Below are positions 55,269 to 64,000 of a stretch of DNA of 64,000 bases, one piece after another. A program made the position numbers and the translations under genes. How positions within the stretch are numbered: position 1 is the first letter of the stretch; each line of letters begins with the position of its first letter. Origin of the DNA: an uncultured Traorella sp. (lineage in GTDB: Bacteria; Bacillota_I; Bacilli_A; Erysipelotrichales; Erysipelotrichaceae); the NCBI RefSeq assembly GCF_944327115.1, contig NZ_CALVGS010000041.1, forward strand, positions 3,931 to 67,930, given 5' to 3'. The notes under the pieces are model-generated. The model was given only the letters and a program-made list of their open reading frames with translations. It was not told the DNA's origin and made no database searches.

Positions 55269-56045
55269 TTATTCACCCCTGCGATATTTTACGATAAGAT
55301 AAAGAGTTATATAAAGAGCAATAAAGGTACAACCAAGCAGAGGAAAATATAACCGTTCTGACAACACCTGTACAGATGGATGACTGAAGAAACATAATAT
55401 AATGAAAAGAAATAGACTTGCCATTGAAACAAATATATAAAACAAAGAATGATCTTCCTTTATTTCAACTGTTCTTGATACGGTCCGTTTTCTTTCAAGA
55501 AGCATGCGCAATTCATCCTCATGCTCATACCCCTTCATCATCAGATATGTCCGACGGATAATTTTTTCATGAGCATCCTTGATTCTGCAGACAAGAGCAT
55601 AATGATGCCGCCATTCACGCAAACTGTCTACTTTTATGATTTCAATTGCTTCTTTGGGAAGCTCATCATATTTCTCTATTCCCTCTTTGATTTCTTCCAG
55701 ACGCCGATATGTTTCTACGGCCATATGAACATAACCTGACAAGCCTCTGTGGAATCTGATATGCATCGAAGCATCAATGATATACAAATGATCCTGATGC
55801 ATACAGAAAAGAAGGGTATTTTTTTTTGAATAACGTCCAAGCATGAAAGCCAGCCGGATGATCAAGATAGTTATACCAATACAGACAAGCAAAAGAATCA
55901 GTGGTTTATATTCTGAATTTTGAAAAATCAAAACAGTTGAAATGATGAGCAAGAAAGCCAATATCATGATTCCCATGAAAGAGCCCGGCATGACGAGGGC
56001 ATAATGATTCTTATTTTTTAATTTTGGAGGCATCCACACTCTCAT
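55269..56045 (-). CDS. Hypothetical membrane protein
   Basis: Two N-terminal and two C-terminal TM segments around a soluble core of about 110 aa. Start at MRVWMPP with an AAAGGAG RBS. Confidence 0.5.
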   Translation of the reverse strand: MRVWMPPKLKNKNHYALVMPGSFMGIMILAFLLIISTVLIFQNSEYKPLILLLVCIGITILIIRLAFMLGRYSKKNTLLFCMHQDHLYIIDASMHIRFHRGLSGYVHMAVETYRRLEEIKEGIEKYDELPKEAIEIIKVDSLREWRHHYALVCRIKDAHEKIIRRTYLMMKGYEHEDELRMLLERKRTVSRTVEIKEDHSLFYIFVSMASLFLFIILCFFSHPSVQVLSERLYFPLLGCTFIALYITLYLIVKYRRGE

Positions 56046-56069
56046 AAACTTCTCCTTTATCAAACAAAT

Positions 56070-56096
56070 AAAAGGCGAGGTTCTCCTCGCCTTATT
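56070..56096. terminator. Terminator hairpin after nifJ
   Basis: AAGGCGAGG / CCTCGCCTT stem followed by TTTTATTTG on the minus strand. Confidence 0.6.
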
Positions 56097-56099
56097 CTA

Positions 56100-59000
56100 T
56101 TATTCCTGTGACAGCTTTACTAAGCGGTCATAGCGTTTCATGGCATCTTTCTTTGTCTTTTCAAACATTTCATATGCTGTAGCTTCGCCTCTGACCTTTG
56201 GCAGCTGAGAGTAACGTGTTTCACTCATCAGGAAGTTATTAAATTCATCAAAGTTAGGAGCCTTGGAATCAATCGTCAATGGCTTTTCATTACGTGGGTC
56301 ATAACGGTAAAGTGTTACATAACCACATTCAACAGCCTTTGCCTGAGCTCTTTGATGATTGCTTAAGCCACCCTTGATACCATGTTCAACACATGGAGAG
56401 TAAGCAATGATCAATGATGGTCCGTCATAGCTTTCAGCTTCTTTCAATGCCTTCAATGTCTGAGCCTTGTTAGCACCCATAGAAATAGAAGCTACATATA
56501 CATGACCATAAGCCATTGCAATCTGTCCTAAATCCTTCTTAGCCGTAGCTTTTCCACCAGCTGCAAACTTAGCAATTGATGAAGCCTGGCTTGATTTAGA
56601 AGACTGTCCGCCTGTATTTGAATAAACTTCTGTATCAAGTACCAAAATATTTACATTCAGGTCATTGGCCAATACGTGATCCAATCCACCGTATCCGATA
56701 TCATAAGCCCATCCGTCACCACCAACGATCCAGATTGACTTGCCAACCAAATCTCTTTCATAATCAAGAAGTTCTTTTACAGCTTCATTAGCACTGGCTT
56801 TTACACCACTGATGATCGGTTCAACCAATTCTCTTTGAGCATCACGGTTATTGCCGGCTTCGATATATTTCGTAAAGACATCTTTTAATTCAGGTTCAAC
56901 ATTTTCCATGTTGTCTTCCATGATCTTCAAGATTCTGGCTTCCTTGAAGTTCTGAGCCAATGCCATACCATAACCATATTCAGCATTATCTTCAAACAAT
57001 GAGTTTGCCCAAGCAACACCATTACCGTTTTTATCATTTACAAATGGTGTAGAAGGTGTACTTGAAGAATAGATCATAGAGCATCCTGTGGCATTTGCTA
57101 CCATCATATCCTTACCAAACAGCTGAGATACTAACTTATAGTAAGGAGTTTCACCACATCCCGGACAAGCTCCGGAAATTTCAAAGTAAGGCATCATGAA
57201 CTGGCTTCCCTTTACTGTATCAGTAGAGAAGTACTGAGTCTTATAAGGTGTATGCTTGTAGAGGTAATCAGCCAATGGTACCTGATCCAGCTTAGCATTG
57301 ACATCAACCATCTTCAATGCCTTATTGCCACCCTTGCCAGGACATTCAGTTACACAAAGTCCGCATCCGACACAGTTATCCGGAGATACCTGAATACGGT
57401 ACTGCAGATGTTCAACACCCTTGCCCATAGCTTTGATCGTCTTAAATTCCATTGGAGCATTCTTCACTTCATCTTCTGTCAGCAAGAACGGACGAATCGT
57501 TCCGTGAGGACATACATATGAACAGAAGCCGCACTGGATACAGTTATCAGGTTCCCAAGTAGGTACCTGAACGGCAATCGTTCTTCTTTCTTCATAAGAA
57601 ACATTGTTACGGATAGAACCATCTAACAGGTTATACTTCGTAAAGGCGCTAACCGGCAAATCATAGCCTTCCAGATGATTGATCGGTGCAACATGCTTAT
57701 CAAAGTATTCATCACCGATTGGCTTTCTTCCTGAATCATATTTCAGATCAGCCCATTCAGGCTTAACAGGAATTTCCTCTAATCCGTCTTTACCGGAATC
57801 AATTGCCTTATAGTTAGCCAAGACAATATCTTCACCCTTTTTTGAGTAAGACTTCTTAGCAGCTTCCTTCATCAATGTTACAGCTTCATCATAAGGCATG
57901 ATCTGTGTATTCAATGCAAAGAAAGCAGACTGCAGGATCGTATTGGTTCTTCTTCCCATACCGATTTCCTGAGCGATCTTCGTTGCATCGATAATATAGA
58001 ATTTAGCTTCTTTCTTCGCTAAAGTAGCCAATAAACGATTTGGCAGATGGTTTTCCAGCTCTTCCTTCGGGAATGTCGTATTCAATAAGAATGTACCACC
58101 CTTTTTCAGATTGCTTACCATATCATATTTGAATACATAAGCATCCAATGAGCAAGAAATGAAATCTGCATTGTTGATGTAATAAGTTGAACGGATCGGT
58201 GATTTACCAAAACGCAAGTGTGAACGTGTTACACCACCGGCTTTTTTAGAGTCATAAGCAAAATATGCCTGTACATACTGATCTGTATGGTCACCGATGA
58301 TCTTGATCGAGTTCTTATTGGCACTTACCGTACCGTCAGATCCCAAACCATAGAACAAGCAGGATGTATAATCACTCTTAACTTCAAAATCCTTATCAAC
58401 CGGCAATGATAAATGTGTTACATCATCGTTGATACCGATCGTAAATTCATCCTTTGGCGTATCCTTTGCCAATTCATCATAAACAGCCTTGATCTGATTT
58501 GGAGCCGTATCCTTAGAACCTAAACCATAACGTCCGCCGATGATCGTTAGATCCTTGTGATCCTTCAATGCATTCAATACATCCAAATACAATGGTTCAC
58601 GGCCACCCATTTCCTTTGTACGATCCAATACTGCGATCTTCTTAACTGTAGAAGGTAAAACAGCTGTCAGATACTTCGTAGAGAACGGACGATACAAATG
58701 AACCTTGATCAAACCAACTTTTTCACCGTTGGCAACCAATGTATCGATCGTTTCCTTGATCGTTTCTGTAACTGAACCCATCGCAACGATGATACGTTCA
58801 GCATCTTCAGCTCCATAATAAGTAAATGGTGCATATTCACGTCCTGTTACCTTGGAAATTTCTTTCATGTATTCCGCAACGATATCAGGAACCTTTGCAT
58901 AGTGTTCGTTCTGAGCTTCTCTTCCCTGGAAGAAAATATCATCGTTTTCAGCACCGCCACGTGTAACCGGATTGGTATGTGGATTTAATGCATGTGCCTT

Positions 59001-59609
59001 ATAAGCAGCCAATGCTTCACGATCTAACAGACGATCAAATACTTCATAATCCATCACTTCTACTTTCTGAATTTCATGAGAAGTACGGAATCCGTCAAAG
59101 AAGTGAATAAATGGTGCATGTGCCTTGATAGCGGCCAGGTGGGCAACACCTGCCAGATCCATCGCTTCCTGTACGGAATGACTTGACAACATGCAGATAC
59201 CTGTCTGACGGCATGCATAGATATCTTCATGATCACCGAAAATATTAAGAGCACGTCCGGCAATAGCTCTGGCAGCTACGTGAATAACTCCCGGCAGACA
59301 TTCACCTACCATCTTATAGATGTTCGGAATCATTAACAATAGACCTTGACTGGCAGTAAAGGTAGTTGACAATGCCCCTCCTTGCAAAGCACCGTGTACA
59401 GCTCCGGCAGCTCCGCCTTCTGACTGCATTTCCACGACTTTTACAACGCTGTCAAAAATATTTTTACGGCCCTGAGTGGCCCATGCATCAACAACTTCTG
59501 CCATAGTTGATGATGGTGTAATAGGGTAAATCGCCGCAACTTCTGTAAACGCATATGCGCAATGCGCCGCAGCGTTATTACCATCCATTGACATAAATTT
59601 CTTTGTCAT
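56100..59609 (-). CDS. nifJ: Pyruvate:ferredoxin (flavodoxin) oxidoreductase
   Basis: 1169 aa. CIQCGFCSYVCP and CVGCGLCVTECP clusters, TPP motif GGDGWAYDIGYGG, RBS AAGGAGG. Confidence 0.95.
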   Translation of the reverse strand: MTKKFMSMDGNNAAAHCAYAFTEVAAIYPITPSSTMAEVVDAWATQGRKNIFDSVVKVVEMQSEGGAAGAVHGALQGGALSTTFTASQGLLLMIPNIYKMVGECLPGVIHVAARAIAGRALNIFGDHEDIYACRQTGICMLSSHSVQEAMDLAGVAHLAAIKAHAPFIHFFDGFRTSHEIQKVEVMDYEVFDRLLDREALAAYKAHALNPHTNPVTRGGAENDDIFFQGREAQNEHYAKVPDIVAEYMKEISKVTGREYAPFTYYGAEDAERIIVAMGSVTETIKETIDTLVANGEKVGLIKVHLYRPFSTKYLTAVLPSTVKKIAVLDRTKEMGGREPLYLDVLNALKDHKDLTIIGGRYGLGSKDTAPNQIKAVYDELAKDTPKDEFTIGINDDVTHLSLPVDKDFEVKSDYTSCLFYGLGSDGTVSANKNSIKIIGDHTDQYVQAYFAYDSKKAGGVTRSHLRFGKSPIRSTYYINNADFISCSLDAYVFKYDMVSNLKKGGTFLLNTTFPKEELENHLPNRLLATLAKKEAKFYIIDATKIAQEIGMGRRTNTILQSAFFALNTQIMPYDEAVTLMKEAAKKSYSKKGEDIVLANYKAIDSGKDGLEEIPVKPEWADLKYDSGRKPIGDEYFDKHVAPINHLEGYDLPVSAFTKYNLLDGSIRNNVSYEERRTIAVQVPTWEPDNCIQCGFCSYVCPHGTIRPFLLTEDEVKNAPMEFKTIKAMGKGVEHLQYRIQVSPDNCVGCGLCVTECPGKGGNKALKMVDVNAKLDQVPLADYLYKHTPYKTQYFSTDTVKGSQFMMPYFEISGACPGCGETPYYKLVSQLFGKDMMVANATGCSMIYSSSTPSTPFVNDKNGNGVAWANSLFEDNAEYGYGMALAQNFKEARILKIMEDNMENVEPELKDVFTKYIEAGNNRDAQRELVEPIISGVKASANEAVKELLDYERDLVGKSIWIVGGDGWAYDIGYGGLDHVLANDLNVNILVLDTEVYSNTGGQSSKSSQASSIAKFAAGGKATAKKDLGQIAMAYGHVYVASISMGANKAQTLKALKEAESYDGPSLIIAYSPCVEHGIKGGLSNHQRAQAKAVECGYVTLYRYDPRNEKPLTIDSKAPNFDEFNNFLMSETRYSQLPKVRGEATAYEMFEKTKKDAMKRYDRLVKLSQE

Positions 59610-59635
59610 GCTAATCCTCCTTAATTTCCTATTCT

Positions 59636-59664
59636 ATTATAGACCCAAAGAGGTTATTTTGAAA
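59636..59664 (-). promoter_or_regulatory. Candidate nifJ promoter
   Basis: Minus strand: TTTCAA, exact 17 nt, TATAAT, about 20 nt upstream of the RBS. Confidence 0.5.
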
Positions 59665-59848
59665 GAAGATTTTTAGTTTTTTTGTGTTTTTTAAATATCC
59701 TTTATATTCCATGCGGCATCTCTAATTTTTTTTGATTTTTCACCGGTTCCAAAAAAAAAAGACAACATTTCTTACAAAAAAGCCATTTTTGATTCCTTTT
59801 CCATTAGAATCCGTTATAATAAAGATAATGAAAATAAGGAGGAATACC

Positions 59849-60551
59849 ATGTTTATACGCAGCGAATTAAAACAGCGTGCTAAAGACAGCATCCATCGCA
59901 ATCTCTTGATCGTAATCGGTACCTGTCTTGTTGCCTCAATATTGACTTCTTCTTACTTTGGAACACAAGTCAACCTTGATACGGGACAGTATTATTTCAG
60001 AATGGGGCTGGGTGATTTCTATGTCATTTCTTTAGACTTCATCACATTAGCAATCTCTGCTTCTTTAGCCATAATCATATCCTTGATATCAATGGTCTAT
60101 ACGATTTTTATTTCAAATCCGCTCAAGGTAGGTATGGTACGATGTCGTAAAGGTCATGCTGCTCAGGGACATCTATACTTTCCTGTGGACGCTGCTTTTT
60201 ATCATTCCGGGCATTTATAAATCTTATCAGTATTTCATGATTCCCTATATTCTGGCAGAAAATCCAAACATGGATTCCTCGGAAGTCTTTGAAATGACAA
60301 AGATGCTGACACAAGGTGTCAAACTAGATATCTTTGTCCTTCAGATATCCTTTTTACCATGGTATCTGTTAGGCATCATTACCTGTGGCCTTGCCATCTT
60401 CTATGTGACGCCTTATCAGGAGGCAACCTTATGTGAAGCCTATATTTTCTTTAGAGATAAAGCAATCGATGAAGGCTATTTAGCACCGATCGATGATGAA
60501 AGCGAGGTAGAAGTAGAACATGTTGAACCAACAATCGAAGATCTTCATTAG
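59849..60551 (+). pseudogene. DUF975 family membrane protein, split into two overlapping frames (frameshift, probably with an internal deletion)
   Basis: The N-part (59849..60220) carries MFIRSELKQRAKDS...NPLKVG. The C-part (frame open from 60132, ATG 60156..60551) carries LRDIYTFLWTLLFIIPGIYKSYQYFMIPYILAENP. The frames switch near 60128-60160. Confidence 0.55.
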
Positions 60552-61233
60552 TGGAGCCAGTGATGGTCTTGGCAAAGCCATGGCGTTAGAAATCGCCCAT
60601 CGTGCTCCTGCACAGCTGGCCTTATGCGGACGGAATGAAAAAAAATTACGTCAGGTCATTCGCGAAATCAATGACATCAATCCTGAAGCCAAGGTCCTTG
60701 CCGCTTGTTTTGATGCCAGCGATTCACAGGCATGTACGCAGTTTGCCAACCATGTATTAGATACTTTCAAAGAAATCGATATCTTGATCAACAACGCCGG
60801 AGCCAATGTCAGAAAAGCTCCTGTTGAGGAAATCGACTTAGATGAATTACGCTATATGTTTAACTTAAACTGTGTTTCTCATCTTGCCTTTATACAGGCT
60901 TTCCTGCCTAAGATGAAAGAAAAAAAGGAAGGATTGATCATGAATATCCTTTCAAGTGCCTGCCTATATGACAATATCAATATGGCAGCCTATACCGCAA
61001 CCAAACAGGCCATGAAAGCCATCCACAAAGCTCTTGTAAAGGAAGTACGCGAGGATAATATCAAGGTCAGTGCCATTTATCCCGGCGGCATCAATACAAA
61101 TTTCAGAGAGCTTGATCGTCCGGATTATCTCAATGCGCAAAAGCTTGCGAAAGTGCTCGTAGATGTGGTAGAAATCGACGATGGGGTCGTACATGACCTT
61201 GTGCTTCGGCCTATGGCAGAAAGCAATTTTTAA
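60520..61233 (+). CDS. SDR family oxidoreductase
   Basis: ISGASDGLGKA (TGxxxGxG-like), NNAG, YTATKQA (YxxxK). Confidence 0.88.
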   Translation: MLNQQSKIFISGASDGLGKAMALEIAHRAPAQLALCGRNEKKLRQVIREINDINPEAKVLAACFDASDSQACTQFANHVLDTFKEIDILINNAGANVRKAPVEEIDLDELRYMFNLNCVSHLAFIQAFLPKMKEKKEGLIMNILSSACLYDNINMAAYTATKQAMKAIHKALVKEVREDNIKVSAIYPGGINTNFRELDRPDYLNAQKLAKVLVDVVEIDDGVVHDLVLRPMAESNF

Positions 61234-61260
61234 AATCGGCAGCTTCGCCGATTTCTTTTT
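61233..61260 (+). terminator. Intrinsic terminator after the SDR gene
   Basis: AATCGGC / GCCGATT stem followed by TCTTTTT. Confidence 0.5.
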
Positions 61261-61295
61261 AAATCTTTTTCGTTTATAATAAAGGAGGTGGTTGT

Positions 61296-62186
61296 ATGAA
61301 AAAGATAGTGTACTATTATTTTCTTTTGCTTATTGTCGTTACGATCTTAGATATGATCAATGATAATATTGATTTTTTTATGAACCTTTTTATTGCTTTG
61401 TTCATTCTTTTTATCATAATGATCATCATAAGTTATATCGAAAAGAAAAGACATCCCGATGAATACAATCAACGCCTTAAAAACAGAGAAATGGAAAAAG
61501 CATTGTTATTGCTTGTGAAAAGCAAAGAAATTCTCAAGGTCAATGACTCTATCATACTTCAAGGCAGTGGTCAAAATTTAAAGAATGTGAACATTCTTTA
61601 TAAAGATAAAGATCTATGCTCACTTGCTGTATATAAAAAAGATTATCCTCAACAATATCAGATGCTTTTAGAAAAAGTATATCAGATATTCAACGCTTCC
61701 TCTTTTCAGGATGGAAATCAGCCTTTAGAGAAAAAAGAGGATACCAAAGCCTTGTTGTTCAGTGATGAGATTTCAGAAATCGACCGTTTCAATGACGATA
61801 TTCCCGATGAAACCGTTTCTAATGTTCTTGATGAATGCAGCACACATCTAAAAAAGCTTCAACAGCTGCTTGCAGATTATCCTCAAGAAAACGATAAGAT
61901 CAAAAAGCTTCAACAGCATTATCTGCCTCTCCTCATGGATATCCTTGAACAATACTGCAAGATTTCCCAGGTAAGCGGAGAAAGTGAAGAAGCAAAAGAA
62001 AAACTGACAAAAACGATCGATCTGGTGAATACCGCCATTCAAAATATTACCTTCAGCTTATCTGAAAAGGATGAGCTAGATATGAATGTGAATATGAATG
62101 TTTTAGAAGATTTATTAAAGAAAGACGGATTGATCGATGACCGTTTGACTTCTTCCATGGAAGAGCTATACAAGAAAATAAAATAA
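61296..62186 (+). CDS. XpaC-like (5-bromo-4-chloroindolyl phosphate hydrolysis protein family) membrane protein, paralog 1
   Basis: Two N-terminal TM segments. C-terminal KLQQHYLPLLMDILEQY...AIQNIT...MNVLEDLLKKDGL resembles the XpaC C-domain. RBS AAAGGAGG. Confidence 0.5.
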   Translation: MKKIVYYYFLLLIVVTILDMINDNIDFFMNLFIALFILFIIMIIISYIEKKRHPDEYNQRLKNREMEKALLLLVKSKEILKVNDSIILQGSGQNLKNVNILYKDKDLCSLAVYKKDYPQQYQMLLEKVYQIFNASSFQDGNQPLEKKEDTKALLFSDEISEIDRFNDDIPDETVSNVLDECSTHLKKLQQLLADYPQENDKIKKLQQHYLPLLMDILEQYCKISQVSGESEEAKEKLTKTIDLVNTAIQNITFSLSEKDELDMNVNMNVLEDLLKKDGLIDDRLTSSMEELYKKIK

Positions 62187-62196
62187 GGGGGAGCTT

Positions 62197-63039
62197 ATGA
62201 AATACAAAATTCCTATTATCATTATCATGTGGGTCATATATGGTACGCTCAATGATTATCTGACATTTTTAGATTATGATCTGATTTCCATGATTCCTGT
62301 CATAATCACCATATGTCTGATTTTTGATTTTTATCCAAAATCTCTGCGTTTCAATAAATACCGCAAATTAGAAAAAAGTGTCCTTAAAAAATTAGATTCC
62401 AAAAACCCTTTTGATGTCAATGATCATATTCAACTTGTGAAAAACGGGGAAGAATTTTCAGATATCGAGGTATATTATAATAGTGAACGAATATGTGCCT
62501 TATATGAATTTAAGGAAAAATATCCTGATAAATACAAAGCTCTCTTAACCAGTATCCTTGATACCCAAATCAAGATACCTGAAAAAGAAAAGCCCCGGGA
62601 AAAAAAGACTCTTCCGTTTGAAGGTACGATCGAAGCTATTGATTCCTATAATATCGACATTACGGATGAAGAGCTTTCACTGGGACTTTATAACTGTACC
62701 AACCAGCTGAAATATCTTCAAAAACTGTTGATCGAATATCCTTTGCAGAATGAAAAGATCCATAAGCTTGATGAGTATTATTTACCTATCCTTTTGGATA
62801 TCCTTCACAATTATTGTAAAGTGAGCAAGACAGATGAAGCTGTTGCTTTGAAGAAGAAATTAAATCAGACATTGGTCTTAGTCAATGAAGCTATCAAAAA
62901 TATTACCCGTTCATTATTTGATGAAGAAAAATTAAATTTAAATGTTGATATGAGCGTATTAGAGAATTTATTGAAAAAAGACGGACTGGTTGTTGATGAG
63001 ATGAACAAGGATCAGTTAAAGGCATTTATGGAGGAATAG
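62197..63039 (+). CDS. XpaC-like membrane protein, paralog 2
   Basis: Same architecture and motifs (KLDEYYLPILLDILHNY...AIKNIT...MSVLENLLKKDGL); a clear tandem paralog of 61296..62186. Confidence 0.5.
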   Translation: MKYKIPIIIIMWVIYGTLNDYLTFLDYDLISMIPVIITICLIFDFYPKSLRFNKYRKLEKSVLKKLDSKNPFDVNDHIQLVKNGEEFSDIEVYYNSERICALYEFKEKYPDKYKALLTSILDTQIKIPEKEKPREKKTLPFEGTIEAIDSYNIDITDEELSLGLYNCTNQLKYLQKLLIEYPLQNEKIHKLDEYYLPILLDILHNYCKVSKTDEAVALKKKLNQTLVLVNEAIKNITRSLFDEEKLNLNVDMSVLENLLKKDGLVVDEMNKDQLKAFMEE

Positions 63040-63040
63040 T

Positions 63041-63592
63041 ATGAACAGGAATAACAATAAAGATCTTTTTGACACGATCGATGATTATTTTTCACAGATC
63101 AATGGTGAAGAAATCGCACAAAAGGTATCCAGCAGCGTGGATAAGCTTTCTAAAAATATCTCTGATACGATCGAAGATTCTTTGAAAAATAACGGCTACA
63201 ACAATTTTTCCGAGTTCGTGGAAGGTGAATTTCGTGATAAAAAAGGCAGTAAACCACATTTTTCTAAATTTTTAAAAGAATATTCCTCTCGTCTTGAATA
63301 TGTCAAGGAAGCCATTTCCAATGTGGAATATGAAATCAAGTATAGAGGTTATTTTAAAGAAGGACATCAGGAAGCATTACATGATATCCAATTACTTTTA
63401 GATAACTATACCGATAATCTGGATGATTTAGGAAAACGTATAAAAGCACAGATCAAGGAAATCAGACTACGCAGCTCCCATTATAAAAAAGCTTATGTCA
63501 ACGGCTATATCAATGGCTGTGAATATGTACAAAAAGCCATACGACGCAGCAAACGCTTTATGATGGATAAAATTCTTGCGGAAATCATTTGA
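63041..63592 (+). CDS. Hypothetical helical/coiled-coil protein (183 aa)
   Basis: Charged, heptad-like sequence with no TM segment. RBS GGAGGA. Lies immediately (1-nt gap) after paralog 2. Confidence 0.5.
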   Translation: MNRNNNKDLFDTIDDYFSQINGEEIAQKVSSSVDKLSKNISDTIEDSLKNNGYNNFSEFVEGEFRDKKGSKPHFSKFLKEYSSRLEYVKEAISNVEYEIKYRGYFKEGHQEALHDIQLLLDNYTDNLDDLGKRIKAQIKEIRLRSSHYKKAYVNGYINGCEYVQKAIRRSKRFMMDKILAEII

Positions 63593-63599
63593 TTATTAA

Positions 63600-63633
63600 A
63601 TAAAGGTTTGACAAAACAGTCAAACCTTTATTA
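63600..63633. terminator. Bidirectional terminator
   Basis: 11-bp stem AAAGGTTTGAC / GTCAAACCTTT flanked by A/T runs, between convergent genes. Confidence 0.65.
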
Positions 63634-63649
63634 CATTATATCCTCATGT

Positions 63650-64000
63650 TCATTTTCTTTCGATCACGATCTGATCCAGATAAGCACGTACTTCCTCATA
63701 GCTCTTAGGATGAGCATTGGAGCGCTGAGAGGCCGCCGCATAGCTGGCTCCTGCCAGACGCAATACTTCCTCATCACGCAGGCCGTTTTCAAGTCCTACG
63801 ACAAAACCGGCCACAAAAGCATCACCAACACCTACCTTTGATTTGATTTCCAAATTCATCGGAGTACAATGAAGCATCTTGCTTTTCGTAATCAAATAAA
63901 CTCCCTGATGGTCATGCGAAACACAGAGCATTTCACAATGCTGACGTATAAACTCTCTTCCCATGGAAGCAATTTCTTCTTCGCTCAAGCGAGCATCAAT
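63650..64000 (-). CDS. PfkB family sugar/sugar-phosphate kinase, C-terminal part (gene continues beyond the window)
   Basis: C-terminal signature VGVGDAFVAGFVVG. The reading frame stays open past the listed Met to position 64000. Confidence 0.75.
   Translation of the reverse strand: MDARLSEEEIASMGREFIRQHCEMLCVSHDHQGVYLITKSKMLHCTPMNLEIKSKVGVGDAFVAGFVVGLENGLRDEEVLRLAGASYAAASQRSNAHPKSYEEVRAYLDQIVIERK

Noticed and set aside
1-64000. rRNA, tRNA, CRISPR arrays, IS elements, integrases, prophage or known defence-system genes
   Set aside because: Intergenic regions are short. I saw none with tRNA-like or direct-repeat/spacer structure, and no ORF shows transposase, recombinase, nuclease-helicase or methyltransferase motifs. 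This rests on visual inspection only; tRNAscan, Infernal or DefenseFinder-type scans would be needed for certainty.

Overview
A 64-kb chromosomal segment from an AT-rich Bacillota (Firmicutes) anaerobe. The taxonomic call is inferred from gene content: PFOR, rubrerythrin, sufCDSUB gene order, a glmS ribozyme and yunB/yunC-like genes. I did not compute GC content. Gene density is high, and most genes are housekeeping or metabolic. In window order they are:
- an ABC exporter plus VanZ
- a pantothenate salvage/CoA cluster (ECF S-component, coaBC, coaX)
- an AraC regulator with an N-acetylgalactosamine/galactosamine (aga) PTS cluster
- the oxidative-stress genes yaaA and rubrerythrin
- a nitrogen block: a three-ORF split glutamate synthase, asnB, ribozyme-controlled glmS, a NUDIX hydrolase and an asparaginase
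- a maf/Lit/lipase-like operon
- a seven-gene operon joining a diguanylate cyclase, a VTC-domain/DUF4956/CotH triad and a PgaC-like polysaccharide synthase module
- yunB/yunC-like genes, the suf operon, PrsA-like foldases, an LtaS-like enzyme, a Fur-family regulator and nifJ (PFOR)
- a disrupted DUF975 gene, an SDR, and two tandem XpaC-like paralogs.
I saw no rRNA, tRNA, CRISPR array, transposase, integrase or prophage genes.
The best candidates for undescribed biology are:
1. the GGDEF-VTC-DUF4956-CotH-GH-like-HEAT-GT2 operon (33.7-43.0 kb)
2. a small-ORF/structured-RNA island between rubrerythrin and asnB (16.9-17.65 kb), with two tandem 23-aa hydrophobic peptide genes that are missing from the ORF track
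3. a lipase-like protein plus an unknown protein translationally coupled to the lipoprotein transacylase Lit.
All family assignments come from motif recognition by eye; no database search was run.
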